64,000 nucleotides of DNA from Pecten maximus (lineage: Eukaryota): NCBI RefSeq assembly GCF_902652985.1, contig NC_047020.1:27404001-27468000 (forward strand), given 5' to 3'. The notes below the pieces were generated by a model. It did no database searches and was not told the DNA's origin. It saw nothing but the letters and a program-made list of their open reading frames with translations. Positions 1-12,692 of the stretch are shown here, one piece after another. Position 1 is the stretch's first letter. Each line of letters opens with the position of its first letter. A program made the translations under genes and the position numbers.

Positions 1-3000
1 GGTTACAGTGGTTGTTGCCGTGGCTGAAGTGGTTGTTTCCTTGGTTGTAGAAGTTAATGAAGCTGTCACTGCAAATTTTAAATGAATCAAACTTTAACAA
101 CAGCTGTTTGCGAATATAATTATTTGTTTCAATTTACCAAAATTACATAAACACATAGTATGTTTTCCTTAGATATGTATTTTATTTCCATACAACAATG
201 TCCAAATATGAGGACTCTCGATGCAACAACATGACTATCATCCTTATAGAATACGAAATTTAATCCTAACACTTGCAACAAAGTTTCTAACTTGGGCTTA
301 TGTAAATAATACGGTTAAAAATCTAGCATGGCATTCCTGACTTCTTACTGGATTTCACTGGATTTACCTACCTACTTTATCTTCGGGAAACTAAAACATT
401 TTCTTATCTGTTTTGTTATTGGTGCTAACTCCATCCTTTTCACTTAAGTCAGTTGTTCATCAATACCCAAAATTAAAACTCACCAGAAGTAACTTCCAAA
501 GCAGAAACGTCTATATTGGACAAAGGTCCAGCAGCTATATTCTGCTGAATTATAGCAAGCTTGACATCAATTGCTGAATATCCTGTGTTTTCTGACCTTT
601 CAGAAATGCTAAATGTTATTGTCAAATGACATATCACACTTCCAGAACTGGAAAAAGAAAAGAAAAAAAAAAAATCAAAATTGCACTTCATTGCAATGTT
701 AAACAAAACAAGAGGCCCATAGACCCTCCTTCAATCACCTGTTTCTTTATATGTCTAATTTACACAGAAAATCTTATATAGACAGGAATTTAATCTTTCT
801 TCATATTAGGAGCAATGAGGGAAGTATATGTACTTCACGATTTAATCGTTGTAACAACATAGACTCCTACGGAAGTATTTTAATGTTTATGTGAATATTG
901 CAAGTGTCCATACTTTGTTTAGGACCACTTGTTGTCTATACTTTTCTCAAAGTATTGGAATCTACCTGATGCAGAAAAATTAGTGTTAATATAATTTTGA
1001 AGAAGATTTTGCGTCTAACCACCAGGCGATATAACATTTATGGGTAACTTCACTACTAGGTATAGCGAAGTCCCAATTCAAACTCAAAATAAATTAAATG
1101 AGGACGTAATATCAACAAATTATAGACTTGCATGTAAAAGTACAAGGATAATAAGACCAGGTACTCCGGAAGAGTAAACGTCTTCTGCTTCATCAACAAC
1201 ACTTACCATACAAATCTAGGTCACGTGCAGGCTCAGTCACAATATCAAATGAGAGTTAAGTTAGTGTTAGCTGAACTAGTCATATCAACAAGCAACCAAC
1301 GCCTAACATTATATCTCAGACGGAATTCTTTTTCTAAATTAGATCATGATGTCGACCATAAAATGTTCTTGATCTTGATCCCTCGAAATCCTGTGCTGTA
1401 AGTGTCTCTGTCATGGAAATCTTGATAATAGGAGCAATGCATTGAATATCGAATTAATTGGAATATGTAAACAATTGATGCATGGGTGTTGTTATCTTTG
1501 TAGGGAAACTTTACCATTGGGAAAATGAAATCATCATGCTTAGCATACAACTTAGTTGTAAACTGTCCCTGTTAATTTACATTGTAAGTAAAAATCGAGA
1601 GGCTGAGCCTGTATTGTACTTGATTTCACGTTCTACAGAGTATATCCGTTCAACATGGTCAATAACTTTTTCAGTAGTAAGAAGTTTAGATATTAGTGAA
1701 CAACTACTCGAGCCAGCCATAAAACGTTGTTTATAAGGATTTATGAACCCAGTACAAACGAGTTGGATTCGCATGCTTCTCACAATCAGGGAATTTTGAA
1801 AGATTTCAATACTGACAAAGTGATCGCTGGTGGTAATGTGTAAGTAGGATTACTCTGGTTTTCGAGTAAGTCTAGTTATTTTTGTGAGCAAGGAATGTAC
1901 AATAGTGTTACAGACGAGGATCAAATTATCTTATCTGCAGGCACAACCACAAACCTGGCATATATATCTTTTAGTATGGTTATGACATCGAGAAAACAAA
2001 TCAGTGTTTTGTTATACATCGTGGGTTCTAAGCTTTTTAGAATAAGCAACTTACAATTAATTTAGTACAAGTGATTCAAATCTTGTCAGAAAGTTGATTA
2101 TGTTATGGAAGCAGCTCATAAGAGAGAGATTACTGACTCACTGTGGTATTTAATATCAACCCTAGATTATTAACCTTTCATCAACCTGGATATAGTTTGA
2201 ACATTGCACCAATCCTAAGAGTGTAAAGTTACTTAATGGTATTTTAATCATTCTTAAAAACTAGTTAACATACCTGAAACTACTGACAGCTGCACTTTCA
2301 AATGAATTACTCAGATTGCTTGCTCCAAATATGGCGTTAGTCTGCAAATAAAACAGAATGGTAGGTAGCAACGAAGTAGCCAATCTCTTACACTCGATGA
2401 GATATCTATATATAGAACATACTTATGAGAGATTATATTTTTCTCTTCTTTTTCCTCTTTCTCTGAATCATTTAAAAGTGAAACATTTACAGGGAATATG
2501 TAGGTAAACCAATCAATTCGAATATAACCACTTTTTCTGATCATTCTCAGAATAAAGGTAAGTGAAAATCTTTATATCAAGTTTGAGAAAATCCTTTTTC
2601 TACTTCTAAAAATATAACGATAATAAACTTTGACGAAATCCAACGCGACGGCCTGTCCGCAATGTCCGCCATTTCGTTTTCCATACCTTTCTCTTAATTA
2701 AACCGGCACATCTGACTTTGAGGAATAATGATGGCGGGCTAAAATTTGAGGCAGTTTGTGAAGAAAAGACATTGCCAAAAGATGTTATTATGAACACAAA
2801 GGTGTTCTAGGCGATTTGAGTGTATCCCAGAGGATGACCACGGGTAATGATATCAAATGATCTCTTTGACACTCAATGTTAAAAAATATAGCTTCTATGT
2901 GACACTTATCAAACTTCTAAAACAAATGAATAAAACTTTTTTTCTCATACATCAGAAATGACTTGGCTCTCTAGGTTGGAATATGCTGTGCTACTCGAGT

Positions 3001-6000
3001 CTGCAAGATCTGCATTCCAAGTCACTCCAAGCATTCTTATTTGAGCACTAAACTCTGAAATCATACAAAGTTAAATTAATACGAATAACAGTACATGATG
3101 TATCTCAATGTTCGAACCATGCATTTTGTAACAATTTTTTTAGGTTGTATTTGAGAACTATATCAATATTTAACAATGGAAGGATAGTACATATACATGT
3201 ACAATATGCTAAAGATGCATACACAAATATGAATTGATATGAAAAATATATACATGCAATGTTTTTCCTGATGAAAACAAATGTAATTGAAATTTACAAA
3301 TAACTATTTTTAACATAGAGACTGCGCTATAAAACGTACTGTCAGCAATGATTCTTAATATAAAAATCATACTTCAAATGAGGCATAGTAAACCACAAAT
3401 GAATACAAGAAACTAATTTGAAATAGATCATAATACTTCTGACAGCATTTCCCTACCTGGCTGCATGTCGGGGGGGAAATGTGCTCTGGCGCATCGGTAT
3501 TAATAGCAGAATCGGCTATGTCCTTTTTATCAACGCAAGTATATTTAATTTTTTTGTGTGTTCCGATGCTGATTACATAGATATTCTAACTTGATACGTA
3601 TATCAAATGTAAGAATATGACTCATGTTGATATTCGGTTGGGTTTCTCCGTAGAAGTTTCGCGAATTTTTGTTTGTTTTATTCTTCAATAAAGTCTTCAA
3701 TGAGATGGTTTAGCTTTCAACCGAATTTCATATAAGATAATTTATAAATCTTACTATCAAAATCGCACCGAACATTTTAGCATTATTTTGTTGCTTATTA
3801 CCAAAGTAATTTAAACCATAACTACACACTTCTTTTTGATGGCCAAACTTGCCCACAAATTGTATACCGTTGCTTTCTTTGCGCAAACATCACGTAACGT
3901 TGTACGGTCCCACAACGGAACTGATCGATGTCCATCTCTAATTAACTCACCCACAGAGGTAGAAGATGATGTATCTGAGCTAAGTTCATCAACAGAAGCA
4001 GCTGTAAAAAAGGAGATTGTAAGGTGGATGTTTGTTTAGATTTGATTTTGTATTCAAATCATTTGCTATTGTCAATAGATATATGCTTTGCAATCATTTG
4101 ATCTTTATTATAGCATACTTGCCGACATTCCCTTATTAGAAAAGAGAAGCCTGTAAGTTTATCTTTATTTTAAACATATCTTAGTTTTATTAGTATCAAT
4201 TTATATATTCATATAAGAGATAAGCATATGATTCCTCTTTTTTAATATATACTTACTTCCAAAATAGACCCCAACTCCTATCAATGCAGCGATCACTAAG
4301 ACACTTCCTGCTAAAGCGAGGGCAATATAGAGCTTTCTTCGTGAATGCTGAGATCCTGTAAATACAGAAGGTATGTAAATTCTAGATGGACCTCGAAAGT
4401 CATTCAGTAAAATCGTATCATTGTGCTAGACTGTTTTGGAAAGATATCAGGTTTGAAGATAGAGGGGGAAAAGTATTTTGGGCGCAGATGTTTATCAGCA
4501 TACATGAAATAAAATAGGGGGTGGGAGAGGATGGGGTGGGATGGGGTTACCCGATTAGATTTACCTTTCTTTGGAAATAAACTCTTCGGTTAATTTGGAT
4601 GAAATGTCAAAGATTTAAGATTAAATTGCTAGACACAAATATTACTGGTCAAAGAGAATTCGCACTCCCTTTAAGTAGAATTGTTGCTCCAATCAATTCT
4701 AATACCAAAAATAAATCATCTATATATTTTTTATCCCTAATCCTTGTATAGAAAAAATAGACTGTTAAACAAAAACACTAACTTTACCTGGCTATTCTGT
4801 ACGTTAAGATTTTTAACAAATGCTTCCTTTACTTGACTTTTAACAACATTGCCAGCATGAACGTATAGTTCCTGTGGTGAGGTTGGACAAGTGAAATAGG
4901 TGGTAATATTCTAGACCAATATAAAATTTGAATGCTTTGTGACCATCGAAATATAATCATAAACATACCTTCATAAACGTTTAAGTCGTTTTACGACTTT
5001 CCAAATAACGTTAATGTGTACATGTAGCTTACACGCTTACAAACGACAATGGGGAAAATTAAACACTGACCCGGTATACTTTGATATAAAAATGTAATAA
5101 ATACAATATTTAACAGTATCTTCAGTAATACCAAATACATTTCACTCGTGTGGCTAATATTTTGCTGCGCAGTCTTGAAAAAATATCAAAATATTAACCT
5201 AACTCGTGAAATATATTTGGCACCATTGGATACACTGTAGGACATCCCCTATATATTAAGCTTAGTGAGCATGGCCCCTGTATCACACTCATAGTGGCTA
5301 TACATAGAAGTGAAATGAACAAAACTAATAGACCCAGTGGCATAAATGGTAATATTTACGTTCATTTTATAGTTTGAATAACAATAACTAATAAAGGTTC
5401 GTTATGAAACGCGTTTACGAATTTTGATTGTCATCATTTAAAAATTCGAATATCCTTCGTCATTTAACTTAGTTAAATATCGCCTGTGTCATACTCGAGT
5501 AATTCAATTTTGCAGCAGGGATGACGGTTATAATGAAGTGTGAAATTTGGTAAAAAGAGGGAAGGAAAAACAAAAACAAAAACGAGGAAGGAAAATGGAT
5601 ACAGCATAAACCCGAAAACGAAAAATAAATTACATACAAACAATACACAATCAGCAAAATAACTAATATATATATGCAATATGCCTAATTTTCCACATTG
5701 AGGATCGACTCGTCCGTCAATCAAAGAACAACCTGACAGGTTACTCTGGTGGGTTTATAACTATGGGTTTTAAAACTATCATTATTAGGATACGGAGATG
5801 ATATACTCGCTTTTACGAGCCAATGACATGATCACGAATATTTTATCCTTGAAAAAAATAAGACATTGGTAAATATTATTCGCAAAATGAAATGCGATAA
5901 AGTCTTTCGTCAGACTGTACCGTCGTTAACGGACTTACTACAGTTATCAAATGTTATTTCGACGATAATTGTTCAGAATAGATTATATGCTACATAATAC

Positions 6001-8880
6001 AGATGAATGGTTACGTGATCGAAGGTGAACATCGAATTAGAAGGGAATAGCCAATAAAATCAATGGGCGATGTAGACAATATTTTCAACTTAAATACCTT
6101 TACCATTTACATGCTATATATACACACGAAATCAACTTTGAAAATGTTTTACTTAGCTGCTACGCAATATCAACCACACATCTTTGTATGAAGAAATATA
6201 GCACAGCTATTCTGGATTGATTAATAAAAATAAGTCTACTTGTAAGAATTTAAGAACGTGTTTTGACTTAAAATTTGATAAAAAAAAAAAAAAAAAAACT
6301 TCCTCAAAGAAAGGCTATTTATTTACGAATGTATTTATTTATTTATTTATTCATTTATTTATCTATTTATTTTGTTATTACGAGGACATTCTATAAAACG
6401 TGTATACAGTAATTAATATTTGCCTTATGATTTAACTTTAAGCCTTTAAAATAACTTGAGTTACCTCCCCTTAAATGTTTTAGCAACATTGCCAAAAGTG
6501 TATGTTAATGATTATAATAAGATAAATAAATAATTTAACTTTTTGGCATAGTAATACATGCATTCCTAAGTATCATTAAACATCGATTTATCAATGTTTA
6601 AAAGACTCATATGGAATATGTCATTTGATTGGCGATGTGGGACTTTGGCAGTTAGATATGTTGTTTTTTTTATTTTCTTTTGTGTAATAAAAGTTCTTCA
6701 TACACTCGTATTTATACTGAATTCATCTTACATATTCAGTCTTAATCATCTTCACCTTATTATGTTTCAGACCTAAAGATCAACATCACTTGAACCAAAT
6801 CAAAGAAAAGAAATAGAACTTCAGAAGGTTTCCACTATTTTATCTATTTGGCTGCACGCCAGTCAGACCCTCTGTGAACAATATTAAGTATCTTCCCCTA
6901 ATTATGCTCAAGACAAAATATAAGAGGGGTCTCCGCGCGCACCATTCAATGAGTCTATGTTAAATTTATAGTTTCTCTACTTTTATTACTGATTTTATAA
7001 ATACTGCAAACGTACATATTTCAGCGCTTTTCCCTCTTGAAGCAGTGTGCTTATTATATTATGTATGTGCTTATACTACAGAAAACAGGAGAATGCGCCT
7101 ATTCTTTATTGTGCCAATGTTATGATTTGGATATGAGCAAAAATTTGAAAATTTGCGCCAAAATCAATAAGTCAACAATTTATATGGACTATTCACCGTG
7201 AATCTATTAACTGGGAGCGTTTCCTGAGGATATTAATCTTATCAATAATAAATGCAAGGCCATAATTCATTTACGATGCAGCATCATTAAATCAGCCTGG
7301 TATGTTCCGTTTGGGTTTATAGGACTATGAACCGAAATGAGTATGAATACGAAAATGAAATTGATATAAACAAACAATATAAATGTATGTCACACCTAAC
7401 TCCTTACAGACGAGAAGTTATAGAAATGTTGGTGCTTTATTTATTCTCATTGAATTACCATATTGTATTACTTTCTGGACAGAACCGAATAAAATCGTTG
7501 GAACATGTAAGTGTCCTGGATACAAGTACATGTATATGCTTTAATTAGTAATGACCCACTGTCCTCCTTGATTTTCGGAATAAGTTGGCATATCGTCTGA
7601 AATAAATAAGCTATTGTCGCCGACGTAACCATGGAAACACGACCTACCTTTATCTGGAGAAAGATGATTTTTACCCTTATGAACATATCTTTCCATGGCG
7701 ACCCCATCACTCAGTTTTCAAACAACGAACATGGCTATGCAGCAAGACGTAATAAACACACGATGTCATTTATGATAACGACAGTTATTCCCTGTGTGGT
7801 TTTATATCACTTTTAGGCAATAACAGCGCAAAAGAAGGGAAGGTTTGAACTGATTCATGATACAATTGTGTTAACGCCAGCTATTTTGCAGCTTTATTTC
7901 AACGTCTCCGTTCTAGGAGAAAGCGCCTGAAAATTTTCAATCGCGGAAAAGGGAGTGCGCGTTATTGGCTTTTTCGCAATTTGGACATATTCCAGAGGCT
8001 CTTATTTTTCATTTGATTTCCAATCGTAATTATTATTTTCATAGATGGTTAGGGGCGAAAAGGTAAATATATGTATTGACCTGCATCCCGTTTCGGGTTA
8101 TACCTAACTCTGTTCATGCTATTTCCTGAATGTAGTGGGCGTTCAAATGCCTATAACTCAAAACGGAATGTTGTTTAAGTGTTGACTAATATTAAGATCG
8201 TCATAATGTCATTACTCTTCCGATGTATGACTCAATAGTATCAAATACATTTTTTGAATTTACATAGTTCAACCACCATATGACTTTATACTTAGTATCA
8301 TGTGACCTATTAGAGAATGTACATTCTTAATCAAGAAAACGTTTGGAGAATGAAACAAAATAATTGACAAGTTTTACTGACCTGAAGGAGAGCCAGGAAT
8401 AACAAGATTATCATCCTTATACACAGGGAAAGAAGGTTCAGGAGGTGGGGTCCAAATGTTCCTCTTTTCATATATTTGTTCATCAGGCGGAGGACTGAAC
8501 GACAATTCAAAAGTTTTTTCCTTTCCATTTTGCATCAATGAATGAGATTGAAAACTTAAAGGTGGAGCAGACCAACCGCACACTGGATGTTCTGTAAAAA
8601 ACGATGATCCAGGCACCCAGGTAGGAACATCTGGCACAGAGGCTAAATCGTCGTCCTCATCAAAGCCTTCCAACTTCAATTTCTGCCATTCTGAGGGCCA
8701 CTTTAGCTCTTCGGAACCTGGACGGGATGAAAGTTGTCCATCCTTTTTTGTATATTCTGGGAGGGAAATCGACGTCACGCGTTTTCCTGATGGTGCAGGT
8801 TTCTTCTTCTTTCTTTCATTTACTTTTAATCCAGGTTGCGGATTAAACGCTGCCACCTGTACATTCTTTACAGAAGGCAT
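1..8880 (-). CDS. Type II transmembrane SEA-domain protein with Thr-rich stalk, 3'-partial. Coding exons 8880-8382, 4355-4257, 4001-3951, 3054-2951, 2341-2274, 647-484, 68-<1 (351 codons in window)
   Basis: All introns are GT-AG and the phases chain (1,1,1,0,2,1). The protein has a Pro-rich cytoplasmic N-terminus (ORF 8374-8880), then RRK plus a hydrophobic helix LYIALALAGSVLVIAALIGVGVYFG. A SEA signature follows (EFSAQIRMLGVTWNADLADSSSTAYSNLESQV ... FSSGSVICHLTITF), then VTASLTSTTKETTTSATATTTVT. This architecture resembles TTSP/enteropeptidase-type or mucin-like proteins; downstream domains lie outside the window. Confidence 0.88.
1150..1800 (-). mobile_element. Decayed Penelope-like retroelement fragment (RT C-terminus plus 3' terminal motif), in a SEA-gene intron
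   Basis: Frameshifted peptides IDHVERIYSVEREIK and TTKLYAKHDDFIFPMVKFPY..QLIRYSMHCSYYQDFHDR resemble the IYP.ELEIK / LYDKRDDF.F.IVNFP..SQLIRY.RACS motifs of invertebrate Penelope-like RTs. Confidence 0.7.
5097..5258. mobile_element. Short palindromic MITE-like element
   Basis: Imperfect inverted repeat: CCAAATACATTTCAC..GCTAATATTTTG versus CAAAATATTAAC..GTGAAATATATTTGG. Confidence 0.5.
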
Positions 8881-10452
8881 ACCGCCAAACTCCTTGAATT
8901 AACTAGCAATGGAGAGACAGGATACTTCTAAACTGACTTCATATACATTTAATTTGAGAATGCGTAATGGTAGTTAAATCCTGTCATTAGTACTGACAGT
9001 ACAATGGTAGTTAGATAGCTGGGACAGCTCACTTAGATACGTAATGTCAAGGTCGTATCACAAGTCACTGTCATTCCTCTCACCTGACAGGTACGGCTAA
9101 ATCTAGGTATGCAGATCACTATATATTAACCAAGTTATATAAACCGTCCAATCCTGTGCTCACTTGGCATACCTGTTGGAACGTATTGATTAACTTGCTA
9201 GTTGATGATCCAACAGACAGAACAACTTAAACATTGTCCTAAAAACCAGTGTACCCTTGCGTGTGATTTTTTATGTGAGGGTGTGTATACACATGTAAAG
9301 GGCCAATGTATAAAAGTATAAAAAAAAAAAAAAACAGGGGGCGTTAAAAACCGGGACATTCGACCGTGACCTCAGCTAACAAACTGTATAGATTTAACGG
9401 AATTTATTATTTAACTCATCGTGTAAAAGTAATGATGATGATGATAATAATGATTTTTTTAAAACCTACTCTAATAAGCAATACATGGTTTTCCTAGTAA
9501 AATACGTGAACATATGTATTGTAAAACATATACAAACAATATTTGTCATGCTTGTGATAGAAAACTTCAGAGGGCAAGTACACGTGGATATTGATAAAAG
9601 AATTATAAAAACAGTTTCCTTATCACTATTTTACCAAAGCGTATCACTATGTACTTTGTTTTAAATGAGAGTGCAACAAGTGTACCGATGTGGTTACAGT
9701 GGAGTGCGTTCTAAGTCAATAGCTTTTTTCGAGGATCATAATATATGAGAACTTGGATTTTCATTCTATCAGTAACTTACGAGAAATGATTGCTATACAA
9801 TTAATGAAAAAATGTAATCTGTGATTGTGTCATTTTTTTGCTTATGCCCTTGTCAATAGGTTATATTCACAATAATGAATTTTGTACAGGCTCAAGTTTG
9901 TTAAGTAAGATATGATATTTGAAATGATAATGATAAGATGTAAACAGATGCACAATCCATTTTACCTGACTTTTCAGAACATAGGCAGTGTAAAATTTCT
10001 TTACAGAACTTTCAGTCTGTTAAAAACCGATTGTTTACATTTTTATCTGGTAGCCGCTGACGGACTACAGTAAATACAGTCTAGATGTTGTACAGAACAT
10101 GCAAACACTTTGTAAAAGAAAAGCCAAGTGTTATGCTAGAAAATGCAATATGCTGGAGCGCAATCACCAAAACATTTCACCATATACATTGCCTGTGACA
10201 TATGTTTTGAGCTTAAGCGAGATATCCTTCTTGTATTAGAACACTATCAACAAGGAATTACTGGAAACATTACTAATACAGTATGAGTCCATTCATTGGA
10301 AGTCATTTTTCTCAATACTGAAAGGTTTTTTTTTTCAAATTCATTCAATTTCTTATTACAGAAATAAATAAAAAAAAAATAGACGTTCATATTTATTTCC
10401 TCTTAATGCAGTGGGCATTCATATAACATAACCGGAAACGGAATGCAGACTA

Positions 10453-10617
10453 TTTGGTTTGGTTTGGTTTGGTTTGATTTCAACAGCTAAGGTCATTTAA
10501 GGACGCGGGCTGTGGTATGTTTGTGTTATGTCTCCTTGTGATATATATATATATTGCCGATTTATAGTGCTACCTCCCTGAAGCATCTGCCGACGACACC
10601 CAGTCACATTATACTGC
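10453..10617 (-). mobile_element. Truncated 3' end of the SINE family seen at 17577-18111
   Basis: Reverse complement matches the 3' part of that SINE (CAGTATAATGTGAC, GAGGTAGCACTATAAATC, ATCACAAGGAGAC, GTCCTTAAATGACCTTAGCTGTTG) and its (AAACC)n tail. Confidence 0.8.
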
Positions 10618-11175
10618 CAAATGCAGACTAATACTTGTATCAAATTTCCGTCCCTTACCATACACGAAAAATTGATTACGACAAAAAATTAAAATAAAAT
10701 AAGTGGAAACGTCCATAGCACGTGCCCGACTTCTAGCCGCAGAAAGTTTTCCCACTCTTTTTCTTGGAGATAAGAGGGAAATTGCTATCGTAGAAAGTGT
10801 TTGTATCGTGAATCGGTTTCAAACCTTTTCAATGTTTATTGTCCATGTCATTATCATATATTTACATATATGATATTGTATGTTTATTACGTCACATTGC
10901 GGAAGCATGTCCACTGAATTTGAAAAGTAAGTAGTAAGGTCGTCACGGAAATTATCTCTGCGTCCAGTTTGTTAAAATTGCAGAAAAGGCTGTTGCTTGA
11001 ATTAGTTTAATGAAAGCCGAATACATGCATGTATGGCTGGTAGACTACATTTTCCAAAGAGGGTACGAGTAATATTATTTTTCCCCAGATAGCAAGATGG
11101 TATGTCGTATCATGAGGCGAAAACATTTTTTTTTTTTTTTTTTTTTTAAGTATATGTTTTTGGTTGCCAGCCCTG

Positions 11176-12192
11176 GTTGGGGTCTGTGGGCGAAGCCTTA
11201 GTGGTGTCTGTTGGCGAAGCCTTGGTGGAGTCTGTGGGCGAAGCCTTGGTGGAGTCTGTGGGCGAAGCCTTGGTGGAGTCTGTGGGCGAAGCCTTAGTGA
11301 AGTCTGTTCGCGAAGCCTTAGTGGAGTTTGTGGGCGAAGCCTTAGTGAAGTCTGTTCGCGAAGCCTTAGTGAAGTCTTTTGGCGAAGCCTTTGTGGAGTC
11401 TGTAGGCGAAACCTTGGTGGGGTCTGTGGGCGAAGCCTTAGAGGTGTCTGTTGGCGAAGCCTTGGTGGAGTCTGTGGGCGAAGCCTTAGTGGAGTCTGTG
11501 GGCGAAGCCTTAGTGGAGTCTGTGGGCGAAGCCTTTGTGGAGTCTGTTGGCGAAGCCTTAGTGGAGTCTGTTCGCGAAGCCTTAGTGGAGTCTGTGGGCG
11601 AAGCCTTAGTGGAGTCTGTGGGCGAAGCCTCAGTGGAGTCTGTGGGCGAAGCCTTTGTGGAGTCTGTGGGCGAAGCTTTTGTGGAGTCTGTGGGCGAAGC
11701 CTTTGTGGAGTCTGTGGGCGAAGCCTTAGTGGAGTCTGTGGGTGAAGCCTTAGTGGAGTCTGTGGGCGAAGCCTTAGTGGAGTCTGTGGGCGAAGCCTTT
11801 GTGGAGTCTGTTCGCGAAGCCTTAGTGGAGTCTGTGGGCGAAGCCTTAGTGGAGTCTGTGGGCGAAGCCTTAGTTGAGTCTGTTGGCGAAGCCTTAGTGG
11901 AGTCTGTGGGCGAAGCCTTTGTGGAGTCTGTTGGCGAAGCCTTAGTGGAGTCTGTTGGCGAAGCCTTAGTGGAGTCTGTGGGCGAAGCCTTAGTGGGGTC
12001 TGTGGGCGAAGCCTTTGTGGAGTCTGTTGGCGAAGCCTTAGTGGAGTCTGTGGGCGAAGCCTTAGTGGAGTCTGTGGGCAAAGCCATAGTGGAGTCTGTG
12101 GGTAAAGCCTTAGTGGAGTCTGTTGGCGAAGCCTTAGTGGAGTCTGTGGGCAAAGCCTTAGTGGAGACTGTGGGCGAAGCCTTGGTGGAGTC
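11176..12192. repeat. 24-bp minisatellite (GTGGAGTCTGTGGGCGAAGCCTTA)n, left block
   Basis: About 42 tandem copies; produces the (VESVGEAL)n and (TDSTKASP)n ORFs. Confidence 0.97.
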
Positions 12193-12565
12193 TGTCACGA
12201 TGGCATGTATTTATATATATGTATATGTATGTGTTGTGGCTGTTTTGTTTGTGAATCATGTGCGCGTATTTGTATGGCACGAATGTAAGTATGGATAGAG
12301 CGGAAGTGCACGTGCGGAAGTTTTGGAAGCGTCACTACAGGTAAGGTATGCCGTGAGAAATGGCCGTGTTTTGCTTACCTGTAGTCGGGTGACATTATTA
12401 ACGTGGATACAGGCACGAAATTCAGACTGTGATGAGTAACTAATGTTATAAGATTATATTTACTTCACTAATTCAGTTCTTTTAGTGTCTCGTATTCCGG
12501 GTAAATGTATTTCTAGTATATGTTTGAACGTGCGGTCCAATCTGCGTAGCATTGAATAGACATAG

Positions 12566-12692
12566 TGTAGCGGAACTGGACCGGGTCGATCGTCGGCGAC
12601 CAGGTAGCTCAATTGGTAGAGCATCTGGCTAATGTTCGGAGGTCCCGGGTTCGAACCCCGGTCTGGCCGTGCATTTTCCCACTCCTATTACA
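12566..12692 (+). mobile_element. 127-bp TG..CA mini-LTR containing a tRNA-derived sequence (tRNA-bearing TRIM-type solo LTR)
   Basis: TGTAGCGGA...TCCTATTACA flanked by a perfect CATAG duplication (12561-12565 and 12693-12697), with an internal tRNA cloverleaf. Confidence 0.8.
12598..12669 (+). pseudogene. tRNA-like sequence with anticodon AAT (Ile-like) inside the mini-LTR; Pol III A and B boxes intact
   Basis: Acceptor GACCAGG/TCTGGCC (one mismatch), D stem GCTC/GAGC, anticodon arm TCTGG-CTAATGT-TCGGA, T arm CCGGG-TTCGAAC-CCCGG. Confidence 0.7.

Noticed and set aside
4788-4910. Candidate 123-nt extra exon of the SEA gene (AG..GT bounded, open in phase 0)
   Set aside because: Neighbouring exons need phase 1, where it has stop codons; 8382 joins 4355 in frame without it.
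12598-12669. Functional tRNA-Ile(AAT) gene
   Set aside because: Acceptor-stem mismatch, several G-U pairs and embedding in a TSD-flanked TG..CA element indicate a transposon-borne derivative.
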